From positions 36,141-68,140 of the forward strand of contig NZ_BSRG01000008.1 in assembly GCF_040363165.1 (NCBI RefSeq): 32,000 nt of DNA. Reading direction: 5' to 3'. The DNA comes from Thermus sp. LT1-2-5. Lineage in GTDB: Bacteria > Deinococcota > Deinococci > Deinococcales > Thermaceae. Made by a program: the position numbers and the translations under genes. Shown here in pieces: positions 19,887 to 28,105 of the stretch (position 1 is the first letter of the stretch; each line of letters starts with the position of its first letter). The notes beneath the pieces were generated by a model that saw only the letters and a program-made list of their open reading frames with translations, was not told the origin of the DNA and ran no database searches.

Positions 19887-21122
19887 ATGACGCCAAGGCA
19901 CCTTATCCTGGGCCTCCAGCACACGGTGGCCATGTTCGGGGCCACGGTGCTGGTGCCCCTCCTCACCGGGCTGAACCCGGCGGTGGCCCTCTTCACCGCC
20001 GGGGTAGGTACCCTGGTTTTCCACCTGGCCACGGGACGGATGGTGCCTGTCTTTTTAGGCTCCAGCTTCGCCTTCATCGCCCCCATCCTGGCGGCCAAGG
20101 AGGCGGGGTTTTCCCTGGCGGCGGTGGGGGGCGGGATTGTGGCGGCGGGCCTCGTCTACGCCCTTTTTGCCCTTTTGGTACTCCTCATCGGCTCGGAACG
20201 GGTGCGCCAGGTCTTCCCCCCGGTGGTCACGGGGCCAGTCATCGTGGTCATCGGCCTAACCCTGGCCCCGGTGGCGGTGGGCATGGCGGCCAAGGACTGG
20301 CTTTTGGCCGTGGCCACCTTCTTGGGAGCGGTGGTGAGCGCCGTGTTTTTGCGCGGGCTTTTCCAGATGATCCCCGTGCTCCTTGGGGTGGGGGTGGGGT
20401 ATGTCCTGGCCCTCCTCCTGGGCCGGGTGGACCTAAGGCCCTTGCAGGAGGCCCCCTGGTTCGGTCTTCCCGCCTTCACCTTGGCTTCCTTTGAGTGGGG
20501 GGCGATCCTCCTGATCGCCCCTGTGGCCTTCGTCACGGTGATGGAGCACATCGGGGACATCCTCACCAACGGCCGGGTGGTGGGCAAGGACTTCTTCGTC
20601 CGCCCTGGCCTCCACCGCACCCTTTTGGGGGACGGCCTGGCCACCAGCCTGGCGGGGCTTTTAGGCGGCCCCGCTAACACCACCTACTCCGAGAACACCG
20701 GGGTTTTGGCGGTGACCAAGGTGTATGAGCCCGTGGTCCTCCGCATCGCTGCGGTCTTCGCCATCCTCCTCTCCTTCTCCCCCAAGCTCGCCGCCCTCCT
20801 CCAGACCCTGCCCCAAGGGGTTTTGGGGGGGATTTCCATGCTCCTTTTCGGCATGATCGCCTCCGTGGGCATCCGCACCCTGGCGGAGGCCGAGATCGAC
20901 TTCACCCATAGCCGCAACCTCATCGTGGTCTCCGCCATTCTGGTCCTGGGCCTGGGCGGGGCGGTGGCCAACCTGGGCACGGTGCAGGTGGCGGGGGCGG
21001 CGGTGCCCCTGAAGGTGAGCGGCATGGCCCTGGCGGCCTTGGCGGGGGTGGTGCTAAACCTCCTCTTGCCCCGGCAGCTGGAGCCAGAGGAACTGGCCGC
21101 GGAGGAAGAGCGGCTCCCCTAG
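19887..21122 (+). CDS. NCS2-family nucleobase permease (uracil/xanthine permease)
   Basis: 411 aa with about 12 TM segments. The N-terminal [16 protein letters not shown] and the later [14 protein letters not shown] are typical NCS2 motifs. Confidence 0.88.
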   Translation: MTPRHLILGLQHTVAMFGATVLVPLLTGLNPAVALFTAGVGTLVFHLATGRMVPVFLGSSFAFIAPILAAKEAGFSLAAVGGGIVAAGLVYALFALLVLLIGSERVRQVFPPVVTGPVIVVIGLTLAPVAVGMAAKDWLLAVATFLGAVVSAVFLRGLFQMIPVLLGVGVGYVLALLLGRVDLRPLQEAPWFGLPAFTLASFEWGAILLIAPVAFVTVMEHIGDILTNGRVVGKDFFVRPGLHRTLLGDGLATSLAGLLGGPANTTYSENTGVLAVTKVYEPVVLRIAAVFAILLSFSPKLAALLQTLPQGVLGGISMLLFGMIASVGIRTLAEAEIDFTHSRNLIVVSAILVLGLGGAVANLGTVQVAGAAVPLKVSGMALAALAGVVLNLLLPRQLEPEELAAEEERLP

Positions 21123-22216
21123 CCTTCCCGGTAAAAGCGGCTTTGCTTGTAGTAGTCCTCCAGGAGGACCTTGAAGAAGGCGGCGGCGGGGACCCCCAAA
21201 AGGGCGCCCCAGAGGCCAAAGAGGCTCGCCCCGGTGAGGATGGCGGCGATGGCGGTCACCGGGTGAAGCCTCGTAGCCCGGCCCACGATGAGGGGGCCGA
21301 AGAGGTTCCCCTCCAGCTGGTTGGCGAGCCACAGGACAAAAAGAGCTAGGAAGACCTTGAGCCACCCCCCCGTGGCGGCGAGGAGCAAAGCGGGCACTCC
21401 GGAGACGAGGACCCCCACGAAGGGGATGAGGTTGAAGACTCCGGCCAGAAAGCCCAGGCTAGCCGCCAGGGGCACCCCCACGAGCCATAGCCCTACCCCC
21501 ACAATGAGGCCCACCAAAAAGGCCACGAGGAGTTGCCCCCGCACATAGCCCCCCACGCTCCGGTCCAGCTTGGCGGCGAGCTCCGCCACCAGGGGCTGGT
21601 ACGGCTCGGGGAAGGCGCGGAGGGCGGCTTGGCCGAGGCGGGGCAGGTCGTAGAGGAAGTAGAGGGAGAGGGTGAGGGCGGTGAAGAGCTGGAAAATCCC
21701 GCCCAGAAGCCCGGTGAAAAAGCCCAGGAGGTTGCCCCCTTGGGCGAGGAGGCCCTGGAGCCAGCGCACCAGGGTATCCAAAAACCCCTGCAAAAGTCCC
21801 TGGAGATTGCGGCTGGCCTCGGCCAGAACCGGGTTTAGCGCCTCAGGCACGGGCACGGCCCGAAGCCGGTCGGGCAGGGCGAGGAGCCAGGCGAAAAAGG
21901 GGTCCAGGAGCCTGGGGAGTTCCTGGGCGAGGCGGGAGAGCTCCAAGACGGTCTGGGCGGTGAGGAAGGAGGCGAGGCCCAAGAAAAGGCCCAACAGGAG
22001 GTAGACCAGGGCCACCCCCATGGCCCGGGGAAGCCTAAGCCCCTCAAAGAAACGCACCAAGGGGTGGGCCAGGTAGGCGAAGGCGAAGGCAAAGAGGAGG
22101 ACAGAAAGCGCAGGCCAGGCCCGGGCCAAAAAGCGGTAAAGAAGGAAAAGGAGCAGGAGGTAGACGAAAACCCTCACGTAGGGGTTCTCCCACACCTTGG
22201 CGAAGGCCTCGCGCAT
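21119..22216 (-). CDS. AI-2E family transporter (PerM/UPF0118)
   Basis: 365-aa polytopic membrane protein with the typical PerM-like layout. It converges on the permease gene with a 4-nt overlap. Confidence 0.8.
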   Translation of the reverse strand: MREAFAKVWENPYVRVFVYLLLLFLLYRFLARAWPALSVLLFAFAFAYLAHPLVRFFEGLRLPRAMGVALVYLLLGLFLGLASFLTAQTVLELSRLAQELPRLLDPFFAWLLALPDRLRAVPVPEALNPVLAEASRNLQGLLQGFLDTLVRWLQGLLAQGGNLLGFFTGLLGGIFQLFTALTLSLYFLYDLPRLGQAALRAFPEPYQPLVAELAAKLDRSVGGYVRGQLLVAFLVGLIVGVGLWLVGVPLAASLGFLAGVFNLIPFVGVLVSGVPALLLAATGGWLKVFLALFVLWLANQLEGNLFGPLIVGRATRLHPVTAIAAILTGASLFGLWGALLGVPAAAFFKVLLEDYYKQSRFYREG

Positions 22217-22220
22217 GGGG

Positions 22221-22916
22221 CTATTCTAGGCCGAAAAAGGCCTTGGCCTGGCGCAATAGCTCCTCTCCCTTTAAGCCCTGGAAGAGGAAGCGCCCCCGGT
22301 CGGGCTCGCCCTCCCAGATCTCAAAGAGAAGCCTGGGGGCCCCGCCCTGGAGGCCGGTATTCCCCACGTAGCCCAAGGGGTCGCCCCGGTGGAGGCGGCT
22401 ACCCACCTTAAGGCCCGGGTAAGGGGCCTGCAGGTGGCCGTAGACGGAGGTGCGCCCGTCCGGGTGGCGGACCCAGACCTCGAGGCCCCGCAACACCTCC
22501 ATCTCCTCGGGCCCCGCCCCCTCCTTCACCCGCTCCAGGAGGGCACGGAAGGCCTCGGGGGAAGGCTCTTGGTGGTTTAAGTCCACCTTCACCACCTCGC
22601 CGCTGGCCGCCGCCACCACCCCCATGCCCCGCACCACGGGCACGCAGGCGTCCCCCGGTTGGAAGACAAAGCCGGCGCTCACCCCCTTGCGGTAGGGACG
22701 GGGGGCGCCCGGGAGGTTTTCCGGGCGCTGGGGCAGGCAGGCCCCAGGCAGGGGCAGGCGATAGCCCGCCGGGGCCCAAAGGGCCTGGGCCTTGGAGGCG
22801 GCCACCTCCTGGCGCAAGGCGGCGAGCTGCCGGCCCCGGGAGGAAAACCCCAGGGTCACCACCAGGGCGTAGAGGGAAAGGAGGAGAAGGAGGTAGTGCC
22901 CCGGTTTCCACACCAC
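22221..22916 (-). CDS. M23-family metallopeptidase (LytM-like), membrane anchored
   Basis: 231 aa with a GTG start and an N-terminal TM segment. It contains HPDGRTSVYGHL ... GDPLGYVGNTG, which are M23 motifs. Confidence 0.85.
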   Translation of the reverse strand: MVWKPGHYLLLLLSLYALVVTLGFSSRGRQLAALRQEVAASKAQALWAPAGYRLPLPGACLPQRPENLPGAPRPYRKGVSAGFVFQPGDACVPVVRGMGVVAAASGEVVKVDLNHQEPSPEAFRALLERVKEGAGPEEMEVLRGLEVWVRHPDGRTSVYGHLQAPYPGLKVGSRLHRGDPLGYVGNTGLQGGAPRLLFEIWEGEPDRGRFLFQGLKGEELLRQAKAFFGLE

Positions 22917-22932
22917 AGGGACATGCTACAGG

Positions 22933-22956
22933 AAAAGGGCCCCCCGCAGGGGGCCC
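22933..22956 (-). terminator. Rho-independent terminator downstream of rpmB
   Basis: The reverse strand reads GGGCCCCCTGCGGGGGGCCCTTTTCC. This is a GC stem with a short loop followed by a T-tract, 17 nt after the rpmB stop. Confidence 0.7.
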
Positions 22957-22972
22957 GGGGGAGGAAGGGGGG

Positions 22973-23269
22973 CTAGAGGAGCTTCAGAAGCCGTTCCTTA
23001 ATCTCCTTGGCGGAAAGGCCCTCTAGCTTCAGGCCCTTCGCCCTTTCCAAAAGCTCGTAAACCTTGGGGATGTGGCTTGTCGCCACGCGGAAGGTGATCT
23101 CCTGGCCCGCCACCCTCACCCGCACCTTCTGCAGGTTGGGGTACTGGCGCCGCTTAGAGATGCCCGTGGTCTTCTTGCCCACGCCCCCTTCCCGCTTGGC
23201 CTTACCCCGCCGCTGGATGCTGTTGGCCACGATGGGCCGCTTTCCGCTGATCTCACAGACCTTGGACAT
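22973..23269 (-). CDS. rpmB: 50S ribosomal protein L28
   Basis: 98 aa starting at the ATG at 23269 ([33 protein letters not shown]). GGGAGG lies upstream. The track's 27-codon N-terminal extension is rejected. Confidence 0.95.
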   Translation of the reverse strand: MSKVCEISGKRPIVANSIQRRGKAKREGGVGKKTTGISKRRQYPNLQKVRVRVAGQEITFRVATSHIPKVYELLERAKGLKLEGLSAKEIKERLLKLL

Positions 23270-23303
23270 GGCACCCTCCCGTGCCCGAAGGCAAACCCTA
23301 TGG

Positions 23304-23312
23304 AGTATAGCA
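23304..23312 (-). promoter_or_regulatory. Extended -10 (TGcTATACT) for rpmB
   Basis: The reverse strand reads ctttgTGCTATACTccat, about 35 nt upstream of the rpmB ATG. This is the same TGcTATACT element seen upstream of glmS. Confidence 0.4.
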
Positions 23313-23342
23313 CAAAGGGCGGATTTCGGTAGACTCTGGGGG

Positions 23343-23795
23343 ATGCCCACGGTGCTCGTGCCCTTACTCCTGGCCTTTGACCAGATCCTAAAGCTCTGGG
23401 CCCTGGAAAACCTCTCCCCCGTGCCGAAGCCCCTCTTGGGCGACCTCCTCTACCTCACCCTGGTGCAAAACACCGGGGCGGGCTTCGGCCTCCTGCAGGG
23501 AAGGGCCTTCCTCCTGGGGTGGCTGAGCCTTGGGGTGGGAGCGGTCCTCCTCTACCTCCTGGCCAAGCAGCGCTACGCCCCCCTCTTCACCCTGGCCCTT
23601 TCCCTCATCGCCGTAGGGGCCTTGGGGAACGGGATAGACCGCCTGGGCCGGGGCTGGGTGGTGGACTACCTGGACCTCGGCACCCCCTTCCCCCTCCTCG
23701 CCAACTTCCCCGTCTTCAACCTGGCGGACGTCTGCGTGACCCTGGGGGCCCTCCTCCTTCTCCTCTCCCCGAGGCGGAAGCGCAAGCGGTTTTAG
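23343..23795 (+). CDS. lspA: Lipoprotein signal peptidase (signal peptidase II)
   Basis: 150 aa starting at the ATG at 23343 ([19 protein letters not shown]). It contains the catalytic-Asp regions GNGIDRL ... VVDYL ... [17 protein letters not shown] lies 7 nt upstream of the ATG. Confidence 0.92.
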   Translation: MPTVLVPLLLAFDQILKLWALENLSPVPKPLLGDLLYLTLVQNTGAGFGLLQGRAFLLGWLSLGVGAVLLYLLAKQRYAPLFTLALSLIAVGALGNGIDRLGRGWVVDYLDLGTPFPLLANFPVFNLADVCVTLGALLLLLSPRRKRKRF

Positions 23796-24949
23796 CGGGC
23801 CACCAAGACCTTCTGGAAGCGCTCCAGGGCCTTTTGCAGGTTTTCCTCGCTGGTGGCGTAGGAAAGCCGCACGTGGCCGAAGGCGGCGAAGTCCGTGCCC
23901 GGGACCACGGCCACCCCCGCTTCCAAAAGCCTTTCCGCCGCCTTTATCTCGTCCTCGGCGATGGGAGCGGTGTTCATGAGCACGTAGAAGGCCCCTTGCG
24001 GGCGCACCGCCTCGAGGCCCAGTTGCGCCAAGCCCGCAAGGAGGAGGTCCCGCCGCCTGCGGTAGGCTTCGCGGGCCCTCTCCACGAAGGCGCGGGAGGC
24101 TTCCTGGTTGGTGAGGGCCTCGAGGGTGGCCCACTGGGCGATGGTGTCGGGGCTAGTGGTGGACTGGCTGGACACGTCCGCCATGGCCTTAATGACCTCC
24201 TTGGGCCCGCAGGCGTAGCCGATGCGCCAGCCCGTCATGGCGAAGGCCTTGGCCGCCCCGTTCACGGTGATGGTGCGCTCGGGGGCTACCCTTCCTGGGG
24301 AGAAGTGGGCCCCCTCATAGATGAGGTGCTCGTAGATCTCGTCGGAGATAAGGTAGAAATCGTGGGCCTGGGCCAGCTCCGCCAGGGCCCTAAGGACCTC
24401 CTCCGGGTAGACGGCCCCCGTGGGGTTGTTGGGGGAATTCACCACCAGGGCCTTGGTGCGGGGGGTGATGGCCCGCTTCACCCGCTCGGGGTCCGGCACG
24501 AAGCCCTCCTCGGGGCGGGTTTCCACCTCCACCGGCACCCCCCCGGCGAAGCGCACCATCTCCGGATAGCTCACCCAGTAGGGGGCCAGGACGATGACCT
24601 CGTCCCCAGGGTCCAAAAGGGCCTGGAAGAGGTTGAAAAGGGCCTGCTTGCCCCCCACGGTGACGATGGTCTCCTCGGGGCGCACCTCAAGGCCGTTTTC
24701 CCGCCGGAACTTCTCCGCCACCGCCTCCCTAAGCTCGGGGATGCCCGCCGGGGGGGCGTACTTGGTCTTGCCCTGGGCCAGGGCCCGCCGCGCCGCCTCC
24801 TTCACGTGCTCCGGGGTGTCGAAGTCGGGCTCGCCGGCGGTGAGGGCCACCAGGTCCACCCCTTGGCGCCTAAGCTCCAGGGCGCGGGCGTTCACCGCCA
24901 CCGTGGCCGAGGGCTTCATGGCCTTGACCCTTTGCGAAAGGCCGCGCAT
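23792..24949 (-). CDS. aspC: Aspartate aminotransferase (PLP-dependent, class I)
   Basis: 385 aa. It starts MRGLSQRVKAMKPSATVAVNARALELRRQGVDLVALTAGEPDFDTPEHVK, which is near-identical to the T. thermophilus AspAT sequence I remember. The PLP lysine context NGAAKAFAMTGWRIGY is present. Confidence 0.96.
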   Translation of the reverse strand: MRGLSQRVKAMKPSATVAVNARALELRRQGVDLVALTAGEPDFDTPEHVKEAARRALAQGKTKYAPPAGIPELREAVAEKFRRENGLEVRPEETIVTVGGKQALFNLFQALLDPGDEVIVLAPYWVSYPEMVRFAGGVPVEVETRPEEGFVPDPERVKRAITPRTKALVVNSPNNPTGAVYPEEVLRALAELAQAHDFYLISDEIYEHLIYEGAHFSPGRVAPERTITVNGAAKAFAMTGWRIGYACGPKEVIKAMADVSSQSTTSPDTIAQWATLEALTNQEASRAFVERAREAYRRRRDLLLAGLAQLGLEAVRPQGAFYVLMNTAPIAEDEIKAAERLLEAGVAVVPGTDFAAFGHVRLSYATSEENLQKALERFQKVLVAR

Positions 24950-24955
24950 GGCATA

Positions 24956-24961
24956 AGTATA
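24956..24961 (-). promoter_or_regulatory. -10 element TATACT 6 nt upstream of the aspC ATG (a leaderless-type arrangement)
   Basis: The reverse strand reads ccctcTATACTtatgccATG. No Shine-Dalgarno sequence is present. Confidence 0.45.
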
Positions 24962-25319
24962 GAGGGTAGCCGCTAATAGAGAAGGTGGGGGCGCTTCCCG
25001 CTTTTTTCGGTTCCCGCACCTGGGATGAGGCGGACCCCCGCTCGGACTACCCCCTGGCCTGCTCGCCGATCCCCCTTTGGCCGGGCTGCGGGAAGCCCCC
25101 GTGCTCCAGACCGGGTGGAACCCTCCTGGGCTTAGGGGCGTTGGAGAGAAGGCAGCGGTTCGCCCTGCTCGAGGAGCCTAAGCGCATCGCATAAACTTCC
25201 CTTTGCGCCCGGGCGGTGGCGCGCTTGGAAGGCGCCCTGGTCCAGAGCCCGTCTGGAAAAACCCACCTGGAAACCAAGGCCGGGCGCCCGCTTCCCGTAA
25301 GCCGCCATCCGGGAGGCCG

Positions 25320-26240
25320 CTACGAAGCCCCCACCGGATGGAGGAGGGGCTCTTTCCCCCGGCTGCCGGCCCGCCGCCCCACCACCCGCAGGCCCAGGGG
25401 CTCCACCGCCGCCCGGTAACGGGCAGCCTCAGGCAAAAGCTCCCCGTCGGCGTGGGCGGGGACGGGATGGGAAAAGGCCACCTCCACCTCCCGTGCGGCG
25501 AAGGCCGCCACCTGGGGATGGGAAAGGTGCTTGCCCAGAAGGAGCCGGGGAAGGATGAGGACCACCCCGGGCCGGGAAAAGCGCCGGGCCAGGACCACGG
25601 AGAGGAGGCCGTCTTGGGGGTCGGCCATGGGGGCGATGGGGATGCCGCCGCCATAGGCGGGGCCGTTCATGGCGGCCAGGAGCAAAAGGGGGCCCTGGTA
25701 AACCTCCTTCCCCTCCAAAAGGATCCGGCCCTCGGGCAGGCGGAGGTCCTTGAGCACGCTAAAGAGGGCGTAGAGGTAGCGGGGCATGCCCCGGAGGAAG
25801 GAGGGGGCGGAAAGGGCCTTCTTGGCCACCAAGGCGTCAAACCCCACGCCCAAGGAGGCGCCAAAGGGCTCGCCGTTCACCCGGCAGAGGTCCACCGCCT
25901 CCTCGGGGGCGAAAAGGGCGTGCTCCAAGGCCGCGGGCCAGGGAAGCCCCTTGAGGCCCAGCATGCGGGCGAAATCGTTCCCGCTCCCGATAGGCACCAC
26001 CCCCAAGGCCTTTTCCGTGCCGGCGAGGCCCTTGAGCACCTCGTGCACGGTGCCGTCCCCCCCCACCGCCACCACCCGCGCCCCGGGGGGGGCCTCCCGC
26101 GCCAGGAGGGTGGCGTGGCCCGGCCCCTCGGTGAGGAAGGCCCTCGCCCCCTGCTTCCGGGCCGCCTCGAGGATGGCCCCCGAGAGCCTTCCCACCTTGC
26201 CCCGGCCTGCGGCGGGGTTCACGATGACCCAGCGTTCCAC
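25320..26240 (-). CDS. Diacylglycerol-kinase-family lipid kinase (YegS/DagK-like)
   Basis: 306 aa with a GTG start. It starts MERWVIVNPAAGRG and contains VVAVGGDGTVHEV and PIGSGNDFAR, which are DAGK catalytic-domain motifs. Confidence 0.88.
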   Translation of the reverse strand: MERWVIVNPAAGRGKVGRLSGAILEAARKQGARAFLTEGPGHATLLAREAPPGARVVAVGGDGTVHEVLKGLAGTEKALGVVPIGSGNDFARMLGLKGLPWPAALEHALFAPEEAVDLCRVNGEPFGASLGVGFDALVAKKALSAPSFLRGMPRYLYALFSVLKDLRLPEGRILLEGKEVYQGPLLLLAAMNGPAYGGGIPIAPMADPQDGLLSVVLARRFSRPGVVLILPRLLLGKHLSHPQVAAFAAREVEVAFSHPVPAHADGELLPEAARYRAAVEPLGLRVVGRRAGSRGKEPLLHPVGAS

Positions 26241-26251
26241 CCTCGTATTCT

Positions 26252-26257
26252 TATAAA
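26252..26257 (+). promoter_or_regulatory. Candidate -10 (TATAAA) 7 nt upstream of the phage Rep ATG (leaderless-type)
   Basis: The sequence reads cgtattctTATAAAgctttacATG. It lies in the 24-bp gap between the host lipid-kinase start and the Rep start. No good -35 is seen. Confidence 0.35.
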
Positions 26258-26264
26258 GCTTTAC

Positions 26265-27626
26265 ATGAGCTCGGTGAGGCTTCTCGGGTACGGGATAGAT
26301 ACCCTGGTGGTCAATCTCTATTGGGATGAGGGGGCGTACAGCCTGCCCGAGGGCCTAGAGGCCACGCTGGACAACTTGAAGGAGTTGGGACGGGTTGAAC
26401 CGGATGCGGGCGTGCTGTGGGGGGTGGATGCATACCTCCCCCTTCCTAACCCGTTGGCTGGGTGGACGGGTTCTGAGGTGGAGCCTGAGCTGTTCCAGTC
26501 GGCGGCGGTGAGGTCTGTGCGCCATTATCGGTGGATGCTGGATTTTGCGGGGCTCATTTTCTGGCGGCTTTCCTCCGTGAAGGAAACTACTAGGAGGGCC
26601 AATTTCCCGGCTATGCGGGTGGAGTTTACCGGTCGCTACCTCATGTATGCCCGTAGGCGGGCAGATGAGGTGGTGCGGTGGGCAGTGGAAGCCGCCACGA
26701 ACTTGGTTGGGGTTCGGCCTTCTCGGGTGCAAGTGTCCAGGGCAGACCTGTTTTGTGATGTGGAGGTACCGCACGGGTACTTTACCTTGGACTCGCTGAA
26801 CCGGTTTACGTCCAGGAGCCGGGCTCGTGGGCTCTATGCCGTGGAGCCGGCGGCCCCCGGCGAAGCCGGGGCCCCGGCTACCGGGGGGCCCATGAGTATC
26901 ACGCCCCCCGCTACGCGACTTCGGGTCCCGGAGTCCTGGGAAGAGGCTCCGGCGCATTTGTCGGCGCATTTACGGGGTCGGGACTGGTCCGGCTTCACGT
27001 TTGGCCGGGGTCCCCTTCATGCTCGGGTGTACTCCAAGACTATTGAGGCCAAGGCGAAGCCAGGTGCTAGGGCGTTGCTGGAGATGTACGGCCAGGAGCA
27101 CGGGCCGATAGAGGGTGAGGTAATCCGGGTAGAGTTCCAACTAACTACCGAGGCCTTAGCAGAAATCATCGTGCCTGGGGATGGTTCGGATGTCCGGGAT
27201 TGGGACACGTTTGTGTGGGCGGTACCGGCTATTTGGGCTTACTTGACGGGGGACTGGCTTGTGTACCGCCAAGAAGGTGGGTATCGGCGCATGCGGGATA
27301 ACGAGGTGGATGCCGTTTGGGTCGTGGTTCAGTCGGCCTTTCGGTCTGGGGAGGTGGGACGTGGGGGAGTAGTTAGGCACGCGTGGAAGGCTATGGTGGA
27401 CCCGGTCATGTTGGCGAAGCAGGCTTTGGGTGCGTACATGACGGCGCTAGTGGCTGTTGGGAAGGTGGTGGATAGGGTTCGGGGCGTCTGGGTGAGGCTG
27501 TTCCGTGAGCTGGGCTTGGATAAGGAAGGGGAAGAGGCCCTCGGCAAGATAGGGTTTTGGTCCGTTAGGAAGGCAGAGCGGGTGAAGCTGGCCAAGTTCG
27601 GCTTTATGCCGGTCGGAGGTGTGTGA
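26265..27626 (+). CDS. Rolling-circle replication initiator (gene II-like; Rep_trans / phage CRI-type)
   Basis: 453 aa starting at the internal ATG of the 807-aa track ORF (MSSVRLLGYGIDTLVVNLYW). The N-terminal GIDTL motif and the central GRGPLHARVYSKTIE motif resemble the IDxL and R(I/V)Y(D/S)K motifs of Rep_trans/CRI initiators. It is the first gene of the module. Family membership is inferred, not searched. Confidence 0.7.
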   Translation: MSSVRLLGYGIDTLVVNLYWDEGAYSLPEGLEATLDNLKELGRVEPDAGVLWGVDAYLPLPNPLAGWTGSEVEPELFQSAAVRSVRHYRWMLDFAGLIFWRLSSVKETTRRANFPAMRVEFTGRYLMYARRRADEVVRWAVEAATNLVGVRPSRVQVSRADLFCDVEVPHGYFTLDSLNRFTSRSRARGLYAVEPAAPGEAGAPATGGPMSITPPATRLRVPESWEEAPAHLSAHLRGRDWSGFTFGRGPLHARVYSKTIEAKAKPGARALLEMYGQEHGPIEGEVIRVEFQLTTEALAEIIVPGDGSDVRDWDTFVWAVPAIWAYLTGDWLVYRQEGGYRRMRDNEVDAVWVVVQSAFRSGEVGRGGVVRHAWKAMVDPVMLAKQALGAYMTALVAVGKVVDRVRGVWVRLFRELGLDKEGEEALGKIGFWSVRKAERVKLAKFGFMPVGGV

Positions 27627-27925
27627 TGGCTCAAGTGATGGTGTTGGCGGTCAATGTGTTCCAGAAAAAGGACGGTGCGGCGGGGGCTCGGGTGGTGGTG
27701 GCGTCTACGCCTCGCAATCCGAACGTGCGGGGGTTGTTGCCGGTGGAGTTTGAGGCTCTGCCCGAGGTGGCAGATACCATGAAGGTTTTGCCGGGCATCT
27801 ATGACTTGGATGTTGAGCTTCCGGTGTCCTCGGGTTTCGGGCAACCAAATGGGGTGCGGCCCCTAGTGGTAGGGGCTCGGTTCGTGGCGGCGGTGGTGCC
27901 GGATAAGAAACATGCTCAGTCCTGA
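27626..27925 (+). CDS. Putative ssDNA-binding protein (gene V-like)
   Basis: 99 aa. The ATG overlaps the Rep stop (TGATG), and GGAGG lies 6 nt upstream. The protein is small and beta-rich and sits directly after Rep, as in Ff, Pf and other inoviruses. The assignment rests on position and size only. Confidence 0.55.
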   Translation: MAQVMVLAVNVFQKKDGAAGARVVVASTPRNPNVRGLLPVEFEALPEVADTMKVLPGIYDLDVELPVSSGFGQPNGVRPLVVGARFVAAVVPDKKHAQS

Positions 27926-28000
27926 GGAACTCCAGGAGGTTTTGAAGGCAGTCATGTTTGCGTTAGGGGTTATTGCCGGTGCCTTGCTGGGAGGTGAGTG

Positions 28001-28105
28001 GTGAACCCGGTGGTCTGGTTCGGGATGGTGTTGGCGTGGGTTGCGGTGCCGTATACGTTCCTGGCGGCGTACCGCTACACGGGGAGGTTGTATGGGAACC
28101 TGTAG
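28001..28105 (+). CDS. Candidate 34-aa hydrophobic virion-cap protein (pVII/pIX-like)
   Basis: The GTG start is preceded by GGGAGGTG, 6 nt upstream. My translation is MNPVVWFGMVLAWVAVPYTFLAAYRYTGRLYGNL, one TM helix with a basic/aromatic tail. Its size and position match Ff pVII/pIX (32-33 aa). It falls below the ORF-track cutoff. Confidence 0.35.
   Translation: MNPVVWFGMVLAWVAVPYTFLAAYRYTGRLYGNL

Noticed and set aside
19157-20494. 445-aa plus-strand ORF spanning the tgt/permease junction
   Set aside because: It is out of frame with both real genes. Its extreme Gly/Pro/Arg content is non-protein-like.
3787-23795. N-terminal extensions of track ORFs for the HD-GYP gene (to 5412), trxB (to 7682), cdaA (to 13449), tgt (from 18393), rpmB (to 23350) and lspA (from 23064)
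   Set aside because: The extensions overlap neighbouring genes, are low-complexity and lack ribosome-binding sites. Internal starts give canonical N-termini and sensible spacing.
23388-24976. 248-aa minus-strand ORF over lspA and 485-aa plus-strand ORF antisense to aspC
   Set aside because: lspA and aspC have clear catalytic motifs in their own frames, so these are shadow ORFs.
24962-25319. I tried to read this spacer as SRP RNA, 6S RNA, tmRNA, RNase P RNA or a cobalamin riboswitch
   Set aside because: I could not find the diagnostic motifs on either strand. Missing were the SRP domain-IV GGAA tetraloop with AGCAGC context, the B12 box, a tmRNA tRNA-like end and the RNase P GGAAAGUCCGG element. 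It is left as unassigned.
25203-26264. N-terminal 354 codons of the 807-aa track ORF (25203-27626)
   Set aside because: This part is antisense to the DAG-kinase-family gene, is Gly/Pro/His-rich and has host GC. The genuine phage Rep starts at the internal ATG at 26265, where composition changes.
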